This document shows positions 1-9,492 of a stretch of DNA of 64,000 bases, in pieces. How positions within the stretch are numbered: the stretch's first letter is position 1; every line of letters begins with the position of its first letter. The position numbers and the translations under genes are program-made. The notes beneath the pieces were generated by a model that made no database searches, was not told the DNA's origin, and saw only the letters and a list, made by a program, of their open reading frames with translations. This DNA comes from an uncultured Chloroflexia bacterium. GTDB lineage: Bacteria; Chloroflexota; Limnocylindria; Limnocylindrales; CSP1-4. Location of the stretch: NCBI GenBank assembly GCA_963748625.1, contig CAVVJT010000004.1, positions 448,001 to 512,000 of the forward strand, read 5' to 3'.

Positions 1-683
1 TTCCGCGTCACCACCTCGGCCCAGCCGGCGAGGCGCGGGACCCCCGCGAATGCCGCGTCCTCGGAGAGGTAGGCGGTCAGCTCGAGGTCCGGGTTCAGGC
101 CCGGCTGCAGGCGCCGGTACGCCTTCAGGAGCATCCGCCCGCCGATGACGGTCGATGTGTTCGACTGGTCACGACCCAGCGGCTCCTCGTCGGCCGTGGC
201 CGCGGTGGACGGATCGTCGCCCCAGACATCCTCGAAGCCTGGGGAACGGCGGCAGACCAGCGCGGCCTCGGACTGGACGTTGGCGACGGGGGCCATCGGA
301 TCCAGCCCGTCCCGGCCCATCGCCGGCAGCGTGCGTTCCTCGGCGATCGCGGCAGCCAGGGCGCGCCAGGCGCCGTGCCCCTCGCCCGCCTCCAGGACAG
401 CGCCGTCCCGCTCGACGAAGGGGATCGCGTACCGGTCGGTCCGCTCGAGGCGGCCAGGGCCTTCGCCGCCGGCGAGTCCGCCGCCGCGGTCGCCATCTCC
501 GCCCCGCTCGCCGAAGCGCAGGTCGACCAGGGCCAGGACCACGTCCGGCGCCAGCGCGAACGCATGGGCGAGCCGGGCCGACGAGGGGACATCGCCCTTC
601 GCGGTGAACCACCGGCGAGCGGCGAGGTCGACCAGGTCGAGGCTTCGGACGGCCGCAGCGACGGCCGCCCGCTCGAGTGTCAG
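1..683 (-). CDS. Maltokinase/Pep2-like (aminoglycoside phosphotransferase fold) protein, runs off the window start
   Basis: Not in the ORF track. Manual translation gives LTLERAAVAAAVRSLDLVDLAARRWFTAKG...GRDQSNTSTVIGGRMLLKAYRRLQPGLNPDLELTAYL, matching the maltokinase RWFxxKG, QSNTS and LKxYRRLxPGxNPD motifs. Start uncertain (CTG at 683). Confidence 0.7.
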   Translation of the reverse strand, partial: MTLERAAVAAAVRSLDLVDLAARRWFTAKGDVPSSARLAHAFALAPDVVLALVDLRFGERGGDGDRGGGLAGGEGPGRLERTDRYAIPFVERDGAVLEAGEGHGAWRALAAAIAEERTLPAMGRDGLDPMAPVANVQSEAALVCRRSPGFEDVWGDDPSTAATADEEPLGRDQSNTSTVIGGRMLLKAYRRLQPGLNPDLELTAYLSEDAAFAGVPRLAGWAEVVTR

Positions 684-692
684 AGCGACCGC

Positions 693-2139
693 CTAGATCG
701 CCGTGTTGACGGTGACGTGCTTGACGACCGTGTAGTCATCGAGCGCGTACTTGGACCCGTCCTTGCCCCAGCCGGACTCCTTCACGCCGCCGTGCGGTGT
801 CTCGGAGGTCAGTGTGAAGTGGTCGTTGATCCAGACCGTGCCGTACTGGAGGCGGCGGGCGGTGCGCATGCCCTTGGCGAAGGAGCCGGAGAAGACGGAG
901 CTCGCGAGGCCGTACTTGACGTCGTTCGCCCAGGTGATGGCCTGCTCCTCGTCCGTGAAGCGCTGGACCGTGACGACCGGGCCGAAGACCTCCTCCTGGA
1001 TGATCTCCGAACGCTGGTCGGGGTTGGCGATCACGGTCGGCTCGAAGTAGGCGCCGTGGTCCGCCGGTCGCCTGCCGCCGACCACGAGCTCCGCCTTGTT
1101 CTCGAGCGCGGTGTTGACCATCTGCTCGACCTTGTCGGCCTGGGCCCGCCCGATGAGCGAGCCGACGTCGAGGTCGTCCGCGCTCTGCGGGTCGCCCCAC
1201 TTGATGGTCTTGACCTGGTCGGCAAGCTCGGCCAGGAGGTTGTCGTAGATCGCCGGGGCCTGCGATCACGCGGCACGCCGCGGTGCAGTCCTGGCCGTTG
1301 TTCCAGTAGCCGGCGAAGCGCAGGGTGCTCGCGACGAGCTCGAGGTCCGCATCGTCATACACGATCACGGGGGCCTTGCCGCCCAACTCGAGGTGCAGGC
1401 GCTTGACGCCCTGCGCGGCGATCTCGGCGATGTGCTTGCCGGTGGCCGTGTCGCCCGTGATCGAGATCATCCGGACCTTCGGATGGCCGACCAGGAGGTC
1501 GCCCATCACGCTGCCGGAGCCCGTGATGACGTTCAGGGTGCCGGCCGGAAGGGCCTCCTGGACGATCTCCGCGAAGCGGAGGGCGGACAGCGGCGTGCGG
1601 CTGGCGGGCTTGAGGACGCAGGTGTTGCCGGCGGCCAGGGCCGGGGCCAGCTTCCAGGCGGCCATGTACATCGGGTAGTTCCAGGGTGCGATCGAGGCGA
1701 CCACGCCCACCGGGTCCCGCCGGATCATCGACGTCCGGCCTTCCACGTACTCGGTCACCGCGAGCCCCTCGGGCACGCGGCAGGCGCCTGCGAAGAAGCG
1801 GAACAGGTCGCTGGCCACGCCCATCTCGTCGATGGCGGCCCCGACCGGCTTGCCGGTCTGCAGGGACTCGAGACGGCCGATCTCGTCGGCGTTCGCGTCG
1901 AGCAGGTCCGCGACCTTGAGGAGCGCGAGGCTGCGGGTCTGCGGGGTGGTATGGCTCCAGCTCTCGAACGCCTCGGCGGCGGCGTCCACCGCGCGGTTCA
2001 CATCCTCCTGGCCCGAGGCCGGGACGTGCGCAATGGTCTCGTAGACGGCGGGGTTCTCGACGGCTTGCGTCTCACCGGACGCGGCGTCGACCCACTGGCC
2101 GCCGATGAACTGCTGGTACGTCTTCACGTGGTCACGCAT
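693..2139 (-). CDS. NAD-dependent aldehyde dehydrogenase (aminobutyraldehyde dehydrogenase-like), split by a +1 frameshift near 1250-1260
   Basis: ORF 736..2139 has PWNYP, LKPAS, ITGDTATG, LELGGKAP and NGQDCTA. The C-terminus (EEVFGPV, YGLASSV, PHGGVKESGWG) is in the frame of ORF 693..1121. One extra base in GGCCCCGGCGATC joins them. Confidence 0.9.
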
Positions 2140-2345
2140 CTCCCTGCGGTCTCATGGTCGCGCCACCTGGACTGCTGGCGGGGACGCCGCTCCCCGCGAC
2201 GCCGCGCGGCGGCTGCCGGTGCAGATTGTGCGGCAACCCGGCGCGGGCACGCCACGAGCAATACCGCCACGTGCGACGGACGCATGCACCTCGGCCCCCG
2301 CCTTGGCACGAACGGACCGCCAGACGACCAGTGGCCGCCCCGTGC

Positions 2346-2825
2346 CTACGCCTCCTGCGCCTCCTCGGCCACCGCCTTCGCGATCGCGTCGTACGGAATT
2401 GGAGGCCAGGGCGCGCCGCGCTTGCGCAGGTAGGCATTCGCCGCTCCCCGGCCAACGCGCAGGAACTGGATCATGTGGAGCGGTGCCCCGGCATGGGGCA
2501 TCTCGTCCGTGTCGGAGCGGCCGTTGGCCGTGATCACGTCGCCGACCACGAACACCGTGTCGCCGGCCCGAACCTCGATGGCCCCCTTGAGGACCATCTG
2601 TGCGAGGCCCTCGAGGCGCTCGTCGTGGCGGTGGAACAGGAGCGTTGCGCCACCACGCCAGGCAACGGCGTACGGCGGCACGTCCAGCAGCACGACGTCC
2701 CTCGTCCCCGGCACCCACCGAACGGCAACACGGACGCTGGCGGGGAACCCGTCGTCCTCCAGGTGGCTCAAGACGGCACCCGCGGGGTATCCACCGAGGC
2801 GTGCCAGCAGCGCGTCACTTGCCAT
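2346..2825 (-). CDS. Hypothetical protein, possibly a degenerate FMN-binding split-barrel (PPOX-like)
   Basis: 159-aa ORF with AVLSHLEDDGFPASV and ATLLFHRHDE; overlaps the stop of the upstream PPOX gene. Confidence 0.6.
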   Translation of the reverse strand: MASDALLARLGGYPAGAVLSHLEDDGFPASVRVAVRWVPGTRDVVLLDVPPYAVAWRGGATLLFHRHDERLEGLAQMVLKGAIEVRAGDTVFVVGDVITANGRSDTDEMPHAGAPLHMIQFLRVGRGAANAYLRKRGAPWPPIPYDAIAKAVAEEAQEA

Positions 2826-3339
2826 GGCGCACCTCGAAGACCTGCGGCGAGGCCGAGAAGTCCCCTCCCGGCCAGACGGTGAACCGCTCCGGCGTCACGC
2901 GCAGCGCGATCCGCTGGAAGAGGTACCACGTGAAGATGCGACGGACGAACCGGTTCGCGGTGAACCTGACGCTGTCGGGCTGGCGCCTGGACACGGTGCG
3001 GAACAGGCCGATCACATCGGGCGGGTAGTCGAGCACCTCGGCCACGGCGGCCCTGCCCTGGACCAGCACGGCGGGCGCATCCGCCAGACCGGAGCCGGTG
3101 GGCTCCGAGAACAGGAGCGCGACCTGCGGATGGCGTCTGGCGTTGTACGCCTTCACGGGGAAGGCGATGGAGACGGCGCACGTGATGTGGCCGTCGACGG
3201 GATCGACGAACGGGACAGCCGGCCACGCGATGGCCTCGCCACGCCGGTTGACGGTGGCGAACTCGCAGGTCAGGTACCCGGCGAGCACGGCCCGCACGTC
3301 GGACGGGAGGTTCGCGGGTGACACGATGATCTCAGGCAT
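2815..3339 (-). CDS. Pyridoxamine 5'-phosphate oxidase-family (split-barrel) protein
   Basis: CEFATVNRRGEAIAWP...KAYNARRHPQVALLFS...VLVQGRA pattern; TAGACT -10 lies 7 nt before ATG 3339. Confidence 0.75.
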   Translation of the reverse strand: MPEIIVSPANLPSDVRAVLAGYLTCEFATVNRRGEAIAWPAVPFVDPVDGHITCAVSIAFPVKAYNARRHPQVALLFSEPTGSGLADAPAVLVQGRAAVAEVLDYPPDVIGLFRTVSRRQPDSVRFTANRFVRRIFTWYLFQRIALRVTPERFTVWPGGDFSASPQVFEVRHGK

Positions 3340-3362
3340 GGGCGCCAGTCTACGGGCCATGG

Positions 3363-4022
3363 CTATCCCTCTCGCGATGCCCGACCCACCAGCTCAGCGA
3401 GCAGGGCGGAGGCCGCGTTGATGACCGGGCCGCCGCGGGAGTCGTTCGAGAGGGCGTAGACCGAGCCCGCTCCCACGTGGATCCCGCCCGGCGTGAGGAT
3501 GCTGATCATCGCGCCCCCGTGGCCGGGCGGGCCGGGGCGCTCACCGTCGAGCGGACCGGTCACCGCGACCACCTCCTCGGCGCGGAACAGCAGGTCATCA
3601 ACGAGCCGGCCGATCTCCGCATCCGGGGCCTCCCACACGACGCCTGCGCCCGAGTAGTTCAGGTAGCGCGCCGAGCCGTCGCGGAAGCCGGCGAGCGTGT
3701 CGAGGCCGTCGTCGGTGTGCATATCGACGACAACGCCCAGCGCGCGGCGACCGCTCAAGCCCGGGTCGATCCCGGCGAGGCGGGCCAGGTGCCAGGCCTG
3801 CAGGAAGAGGCGGGTCTCGCGCTCCGGGGCCGGGGCGGCGGCGATGGTGCGCAGGGCCGCAGGCGCATCGCCGGCCTCGGCGGCCGCCGCCAGCTCCACG
3901 ATGTACCGCGTCGCCTCCCCTCCCCGCGTGAACACCTCACGCGCGCGGGCCGGCGCCAGATCGGCGAAGAGGAGATTGCGCAAGGCCTCGGACGGGGACG
4001 GCGCGGCGAAGGTGTCGGTCAT
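3363..4022 (-). CDS. Hypothetical protein (219 aa)
   Basis: C-terminal part of ORF 3363..4730 from MTDTFAAP; TGATG overlap with the upstream gene; GLDTLAGFRDGSARYLNYSGAGVVWE looks conserved. Confidence 0.7.
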   Translation of the reverse strand: MTDTFAAPSPSEALRNLLFADLAPARAREVFTRGGEATRYIVELAAAAEAGDAPAALRTIAAAPAPERETRLFLQAWHLARLAGIDPGLSGRRALGVVVDMHTDDGLDTLAGFRDGSARYLNYSGAGVVWEAPDAEIGRLVDDLLFRAEEVVAVTGPLDGERPGPPGHGGAMISILTPGGIHVGAGSVYALSNDSRGGPVINAASALLAELVGRASREG

Positions 4023-4891
4023 CAGGACGCCTCCACGGACCGACGGACCGGCGCCTCGCGCTGCCAGGCGAGGATCGCGATCGTGCCCACGAGGGACCCG
4101 CCCAGCACGATCCAGGCGGCGGCCACCGAGATGGCGGGTCCAGAGAGATCCTCGGCCCGGATCACGAGGGCGCCGAGCATCAGGGCCAGCGCCGCGCACT
4201 GGGCGATGAGCGGCTGCCGTAGCGACGAGCGGCGCCGGTCGAGCGCGATGCCGATCGCGATCACGCCGGGCAGGCACAGCATCGGCGCCTGGATCCGGGC
4301 CGACAGCGGCGTCATCTTCCACGGCCAGACGTCGATGAACAGCGTGGGCACCAGGTACAGCAGCACGGCGAAGCCCATCGTGCCGAGGCCGATGATCAGC
4401 ATGACCCGCACGAGCCGATGATCGGTCAGCGCATCTTCGGGCTGCGGGCCGGGGTCCAGCCGCCGGTTGCGCAGGAAGGCCAGGACCACGAGCGGCGGCG
4501 CGACGATGTACACGATCGTCCACACCCACGCCGTGACCCGCTCGAACAGGAACAGGTCCCGGTGGAGGAAGGTCGTCACCAGGAGCAGCGACGCGAACGT
4601 CGCCACGGCCGGCACCCCGAGGTGCACCCGGTGCCACTGGCGCGCGGCGAGGAGCGAGGTGAAGAAGACGGCGCCGCCGGTGTACGCGGACCCGAGCAGC
4701 ATGGCCGTGAGCCGCGGCTTGATGTCCCACGCGAACACGAGCGACGCGGCGGCGTTGTTGACATACAGGATGCCGAACGCGACCAACAGCACCGGGCTGA
4801 CGACGAACGCGACGACCCGCGTCAGCCGCTGGATCCGGTCGGTGCGTCCCGCGGGCGCGGGGGTCGGCGGGGGCGTGGGCTGGGACGTCAC
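4022..4891 (-). CDS. Multi-pass membrane protein with an internal duplication
   Basis: 289 aa, about 8 hydrophobic segments; the two halves contain FAWDIKPRLTAMLLG and WPWKMTPLSAR. Confidence 0.75.
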   Translation of the reverse strand: MTSQPTPPPTPAPAGRTDRIQRLTRVVAFVVSPVLLVAFGILYVNNAAASLVFAWDIKPRLTAMLLGSAYTGGAVFFTSLLAARQWHRVHLGVPAVATFASLLLVTTFLHRDLFLFERVTAWVWTIVYIVAPPLVVLAFLRNRRLDPGPQPEDALTDHRLVRVMLIIGLGTMGFAVLLYLVPTLFIDVWPWKMTPLSARIQAPMLCLPGVIAIGIALDRRRSSLRQPLIAQCAALALMLGALVIRAEDLSGPAISVAAAWIVLGGSLVGTIAILAWQREAPVRRSVEAS

Positions 4892-6201
4892 CGCGTCACC
4901 GCCTGCTGCGAGACCGCGAGGCGCTCGATGAGGTCGGCGGCGCGGGTCGTGCCGTCGGTTGCCTGCATGCGGGCGCTGACCCCGGCCAGTCGCGCCTTGA
5001 GCGCCGCGTCGCCCAGGAGCCGGTCCACCGCACCCGTGAGCTCGTCGTCCTCGAAGTCGTAGGTCGCCAGGCGCACCCCGAAACCCGTCTCGTCGACGCG
5101 TTGGGCATTGTCCACCTGGTCCCAGAACAGCGGCAGGACGACCATCGGCTTGCCGTGATGGAAGGACTCCACGACGGTGTTGTTGCCGCCGTGGGTGATC
5201 ACGAGATCCACCTGCGGCAGGATCGCGGGCTGCGGCAGGAAACCCTCGCCGGTCATGTTGTCGCGGAGCGTGATCTCGTCCGCGAGCGGGCCTTTCGACA
5301 CGATCACACGGTGCTCCGTCCGGCCGAGCACGTCCACCAGCCGTTGCATGAGGCCCACGTCAGCGGAGCCCAGTGAGCCCAGGGAGAGGTAGATCAGTCC
5401 GCCGTCGCGCGTCGCCAGGTCCTCCGGGAGCGACCAGGTCGTGTCGGCCGCGCGCACCGTCGAATTGAGCTGGTGCCAGGTGGGGCCAAGTGGTGCAGCG
5501 CGCTCGTAGTCAGCCTCGCGTGGGTAGCTGTAGATGTTGAGGAACGGGGACTCGTGCATGAAGTCGGGGCCGTTCGCGCCCCAGGCAAGCCCACCCGCAC
5601 CGGCCTCACGACAGAAGGCGTCGAAGTCGGCCCACATGTCGGCGTGCGTGCGGCGCACTTCCTCGAGGAATGCAGGCCACTGGCTCCTGTCCGCCGCGGG
5701 GTAGCCGGACGAGAACGGCGCCACGAGCGGGTCCTTGATCTCGGCGGGGTTGCATGAGAGGAGCCGGGCCCACGGGTGGCGCGTGGCCATGATCGTCGGG
5801 AACGAGACGACGTTGTCCTCGACGATGGCGTCGGGGGCGAGCTCGTCGATGATCTCCGCCAGCCGCGGGGCCACGTACTTGGCCCCGTCGATAAGCGCCT
5901 GGAACGTCGGGGCGATGAACTCGCCCAACTGCTCGATGGTTGGCTTGCGGAAGACGGGCGCGGTGTCGCGGATGAAGTCGATCCAGAACTGGCCGGGCAC
6001 TTCCGGCTCGGCGGGCGGCGGGCCGAGGCGCATGAGGCGTTCCTCGAAGCCCTTGGCCTCCAGGCTGCCCGCGAACGACTCCTCCACGATGAAGACGACG
6101 CGGTGCCCGCGCGCCCGCAGCACATTGCCGATTCCGACGCAGTTGTTCGTCGGGCCGTAGGCGCCCTCGGGAAAGAAGACGATCGTCCTACCGTCGGTCA
6201 C
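4888..6201 (-). CDS. GT1/MGT-family (UDP-glucuronosyltransferase-like) glycosyltransferase
   Basis: IYLSLGSLGS and the signature FLPQPAILPQVDLVITHGGNNTVVESFHHGKPMVVLPLFWDQVDNA; GTG start at 6201. Confidence 0.9.
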   Translation of the reverse strand: MTDGRTIVFFPEGAYGPTNNCVGIGNVLRARGHRVVFIVEESFAGSLEAKGFEERLMRLGPPPAEPEVPGQFWIDFIRDTAPVFRKPTIEQLGEFIAPTFQALIDGAKYVAPRLAEIIDELAPDAIVEDNVVSFPTIMATRHPWARLLSCNPAEIKDPLVAPFSSGYPAADRSQWPAFLEEVRRTHADMWADFDAFCREAGAGGLAWGANGPDFMHESPFLNIYSYPREADYERAAPLGPTWHQLNSTVRAADTTWSLPEDLATRDGGLIYLSLGSLGSADVGLMQRLVDVLGRTEHRVIVSKGPLADEITLRDNMTGEGFLPQPAILPQVDLVITHGGNNTVVESFHHGKPMVVLPLFWDQVDNAQRVDETGFGVRLATYDFEDDELTGAVDRLLGDAALKARLAGVSARMQATDGTTRAADLIERLAVSQQAVTR

Positions 6202-6320
6202 CGGTGCCCACCTCCCTGGTCCATGGATCGCGGGATGATCGCATGCGGACCGCCCGGAGTTGCCGCCGTCCCGCGCTCCGCGGCGGTATCGTCGAAGGAG
6301 ACACGGGGAGGACACCAGCC

Positions 6321-7277
6321 ATGACCTTGCGCATCGACTCGCTCAGCAAGCGGTTCGGCGCCGTCCAGGCGCTCGACGGCATCTCGTTCACCGTGCAGCC
6401 CGGCGAGGTCTTCGGGTTCCTGGGCGCCAACGGCGCGGGCAAGACCACCACCATGCGCATCGTCCTGGGCCTCATGAAGCCCGATGCAGGCACGGTCACC
6501 TGGCAGGGCCAGCCCACCGACGCGTGGCCCCGGCGGACGTGGGGCTACATGCCTGAGGACCGCGGCCTGTACCTGCGGATGAAGGTGATCGACCAGCTCG
6601 TCCACTTCGCCGCGCTCTACGGGGTCCCGCGCCGCACCGCCCGCGCCGAGGCACTCCACTGGCTGACCCGCTTCCGCATCGCGGACCTCGCAGAACGCCG
6701 TGCCGAGACGCTGTCCAAGGGCAACCAGCAAAAGGTCCAGTTCATCGCCACGGTGCTGCAGCAGCCGGACGTGCTCCTGATGGACGAGCCGTTCGTGGGC
6801 CTGGACCCCGTCAACGTCTCGCTCCTGCGGGCCGCCTTCCTGGAGCTTCGCGACTCGGGCCGGACGATCGTGTTCTCCACGCACCAGCTCGACCAGGCGC
6901 AGGCGCTGTGCGACTCGGTCGCGATCATCGACCACGGACGGATGGTGACGACTGGCTCGACGCTGGAGGTGCGCCGTTCCACGGGCCGGCGGGCCGTTCG
7001 CATTGCGACCTCGTCCACGGCGGGCGATGGTGCCGGCTGGCTGGCCGGGCTGAAGGGCGTGACCGTGACGGCGGACTCGAACGACCTCACCGAACTGCGC
7101 GTGGACGTCGGCACGGACCCCCAGGCGATCCTGCGCGCAGCCCTTGAGCGCGGCGAGGAGGTGCTCACGTTCGAGGTGGGTGACCCGTCGCTGGAGGATG
7201 TCTTCGTGGAGCGGGTGGGCACGCGCATGGTCGACGAGGAGCGCACGCTCGCCGCGGGCGCAGGAACCGCCCGATGA
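6321..7277 (+). CDS. ABC-2 exporter ATP-binding protein (NatA/YhaQ-like)
   Basis: GANGAGKTT, LSKGNQQK, LLMDEPF, STH; GGAGG RBS before ATG 6321. Confidence 0.92.
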   Translation: MTLRIDSLSKRFGAVQALDGISFTVQPGEVFGFLGANGAGKTTTMRIVLGLMKPDAGTVTWQGQPTDAWPRRTWGYMPEDRGLYLRMKVIDQLVHFAALYGVPRRTARAEALHWLTRFRIADLAERRAETLSKGNQQKVQFIATVLQQPDVLLMDEPFVGLDPVNVSLLRAAFLELRDSGRTIVFSTHQLDQAQALCDSVAIIDHGRMVTTGSTLEVRRSTGRRAVRIATSSTAGDGAGWLAGLKGVTVTADSNDLTELRVDVGTDPQAILRAALERGEEVLTFEVGDPSLEDVFVERVGTRMVDEERTLAAGAGTAR

Positions 7278-8596
7278 GCCGGGTCGCCAACGTCACCACC
7301 ATCGCCCGCCGCGAGTACGTCGTCCGGACGCGGTCCCGCAGCTTCGTCATCGCCACGCTCCTGCTCCTGGTGGGCGTGATCGCCATCTCCTTTACGCCGG
7401 CGCTCATCGAGCGGCTGGGGCGGACGAACCCCACCCGTATCGCCGTCACCTCGGTGGAGCCCGGGGTTGCCGCCACCGCGAGCGCGGCGCTGGCCCCGCT
7501 GCTCAACGGCTCCGCCGGCCCCGAGGGTGGCGGGGTGGAGGCGGGGGGCTATGAACTGACGGTTGGCGGATCGCTCGACGGGGAGCGCGCCCGCGTGACC
7601 GGTGGCGAGCTCGACGGCGTCCTCGCCGTCAGCCGCGGCGCCGACGGCGAGCTCGCGTTCACCTACTACACGGAGGACAGCTCGGACGGGCGCACCGCCA
7701 CGCTCGTCCGCCAGGGCGCCAACGCCTTCGCCATCGCCGACCGCCTCGACCGCCTCGGCATCGCCCCGGACGATCGTGCGGCACTGTTCGCGCCCGCCTC
7801 GATGGAGGTGGCCTGGCCCGATCCCGACCAGCCCGGGCCGACCAAGGACGGGACCGCGCTCGTCGGCGAGAGCCTGCTGGGCTTCGGCATGACGATCCTC
7901 ATCTTCATGATGGTGATCATCTATGGGAACTGGATCGCCCAGAGCGTGGTGGAGGAGAAGTCCTCGCGCGTGATGGAGGTGGTGCTCAACGCGGCAACGC
8001 CGTTCGAGCTGCTCAGCGGCAAGGTGTTCGGCGTGGGGGCCGTGGCCCTCACGCAGTACGCCGCGCTGATGGCGGGAGGCATCATCTCGCTCGCGCTCCA
8101 GGGGCCGGTGACCGGGCTCATCCTCGGCGGGACGAGCGGATCGATGGATGTGCCCCTCGGCCTGACGCCCGGACTGCTGGTTGCGCTCGCGGTGTACGGG
8201 GTGCTGGGGTTCCTGCTGTACGCGACGCTGTTCGCGGCCGCCGGGTCCCTGGTCAGCCGGAGCGAGGACGTCAACAGCGCCGTGACGCCGCTCACGATGC
8301 TGTGCACGCTGGGGTACATCATCGGGACGTACGGGTCCACGGGGCTGCTGGACTTCGGCGACGCCTGGATGGTCGGCTTGACGATGGTCCCGTTCCTGAG
8401 CCCGTTCATGATGCTGAGCCGTGTCGCGGTGGGCGCGGTGGAGCCGTGGCAGCTGGGCGTGTCGATCTCGCTGCTCGCGGTGTCGGTGGTGATCGCCCTA
8501 TGGGTTGCCGCACGGATCTACGCCGTGGGCGTGCTGCTCTACGGCTCGTGGCCGGGCTGGAAGGGCGCCTGGAAGCTGATGCGCACAGGGATGTGA
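7274..8596 (+). CDS. ABC-2 exporter permease (NatB/YhaP-like)
   Basis: IARREYVVR, SVVEEKSSRVMEVVL, LLSGKVFG; ATGA overlap with the ATPase gene. Confidence 0.9.
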   Translation: MSRVANVTTIARREYVVRTRSRSFVIATLLLLVGVIAISFTPALIERLGRTNPTRIAVTSVEPGVAATASAALAPLLNGSAGPEGGGVEAGGYELTVGGSLDGERARVTGGELDGVLAVSRGADGELAFTYYTEDSSDGRTATLVRQGANAFAIADRLDRLGIAPDDRAALFAPASMEVAWPDPDQPGPTKDGTALVGESLLGFGMTILIFMMVIIYGNWIAQSVVEEKSSRVMEVVLNAATPFELLSGKVFGVGAVALTQYAALMAGGIISLALQGPVTGLILGGTSGSMDVPLGLTPGLLVALAVYGVLGFLLYATLFAAAGSLVSRSEDVNSAVTPLTMLCTLGYIIGTYGSTGLLDFGDAWMVGLTMVPFLSPFMMLSRVAVGAVEPWQLGVSISLLAVSVVIALWVAARIYAVGVLLYGSWPGWKGAWKLMRTGM

Positions 8597-8668
8597 CGGT
8601 ACGGCGGCCGGGCGGTATCGGTGGGCCGAGCAGGCGGGCTGGCCCGGGCGAACCGCACTGGCTGGGAC

Positions 8669-9445
8669 TCAGAAGGGGCGGTCCTCGATGTCCACCTCGC
8701 GGCGCACCCCTGGCGCCCACGGGATCGTCGCGCGACGCACCACGCCCACCAGCGCGTAGAGCGTCAGCGACAGCATGCTGGTGACCAGGATCGCGGCGAA
8801 GACGAGGTCCGTCCGGAACGACTTGGCCGAGAGCTGCATCCAGATGCCCAGGCCGTCCTTGGCACCCACGTACTCCCCGAAGACCGCGCCGATCACCGCG
8901 TACACCACGGAGATGCGCAGGCCGGTGAAGAACGACGGCAGCGCCGACGGCCAGCGCAGCTTCCGGAACGTCTGCCCGTCGCCTGCGCCGTAGGAGCGCA
9001 TCAGGTCCTCAGCGTCGGACGGGACGGAGCGGAAGCCGTCGAGGAGGGCGATGCAGACCGGGAAGAAGGTGACGAGCACGACGACGATGACCTTGGGGAA
9101 CAGGCCGAAGCCGAACCAGAGCAGCAGGAGCGGCGCGAGGGCGATTACCGGGATCGTCTGCGAGGCGACGAGAAGCGGCTCCACTGCGCGGCGCACGGCC
9201 GGCGTCCGGTCCATCGCCACTGCCGCCCCGATCGCGAGCAGCACCGCCGCCGCAAACCCGATCACCGTCTCCAGCAGCGTCGGGACCGCATGCCGGGCGG
9301 CGTCACCCTTGAACTGCCAGAGCGCGCCCGCGATGCGAGAAGGCGAGGGCAGCACCACCGGATCCACCGCGGCCAGCCGGACGTAGGCCTCCCACAGGGC
9401 GAGGAGGCCGACCACCAGCAGGATCGACGGGAGGCGGCTTCTCAC
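8669..9445 (-). CDS. NitT/TauT-type ABC permease, ThiX-like (thiamine precursor uptake)
   Basis: QTIPVIALAPLLLLWFGFG and LRWPSALPSFFTGLRI; downstream of a ThiY-like gene and a TPP riboswitch. Confidence 0.88.
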   Translation of the reverse strand: MRSRLPSILLVVGLLALWEAYVRLAAVDPVVLPSPSRIAGALWQFKGDAARHAVPTLLETVIGFAAAVLLAIGAAVAMDRTPAVRRAVEPLLVASQTIPVIALAPLLLLWFGFGLFPKVIVVVLVTFFPVCIALLDGFRSVPSDAEDLMRSYGAGDGQTFRKLRWPSALPSFFTGLRISVVYAVIGAVFGEYVGAKDGLGIWMQLSAKSFRTDLVFAAILVTSMLSLTLYALVGVVRRATIPWAPGVRREVDIEDRPF

Positions 9446-9492
9446 CCTGTTACCGCATCACCATGCCACTCCATCACCACGTCACCATGCGA

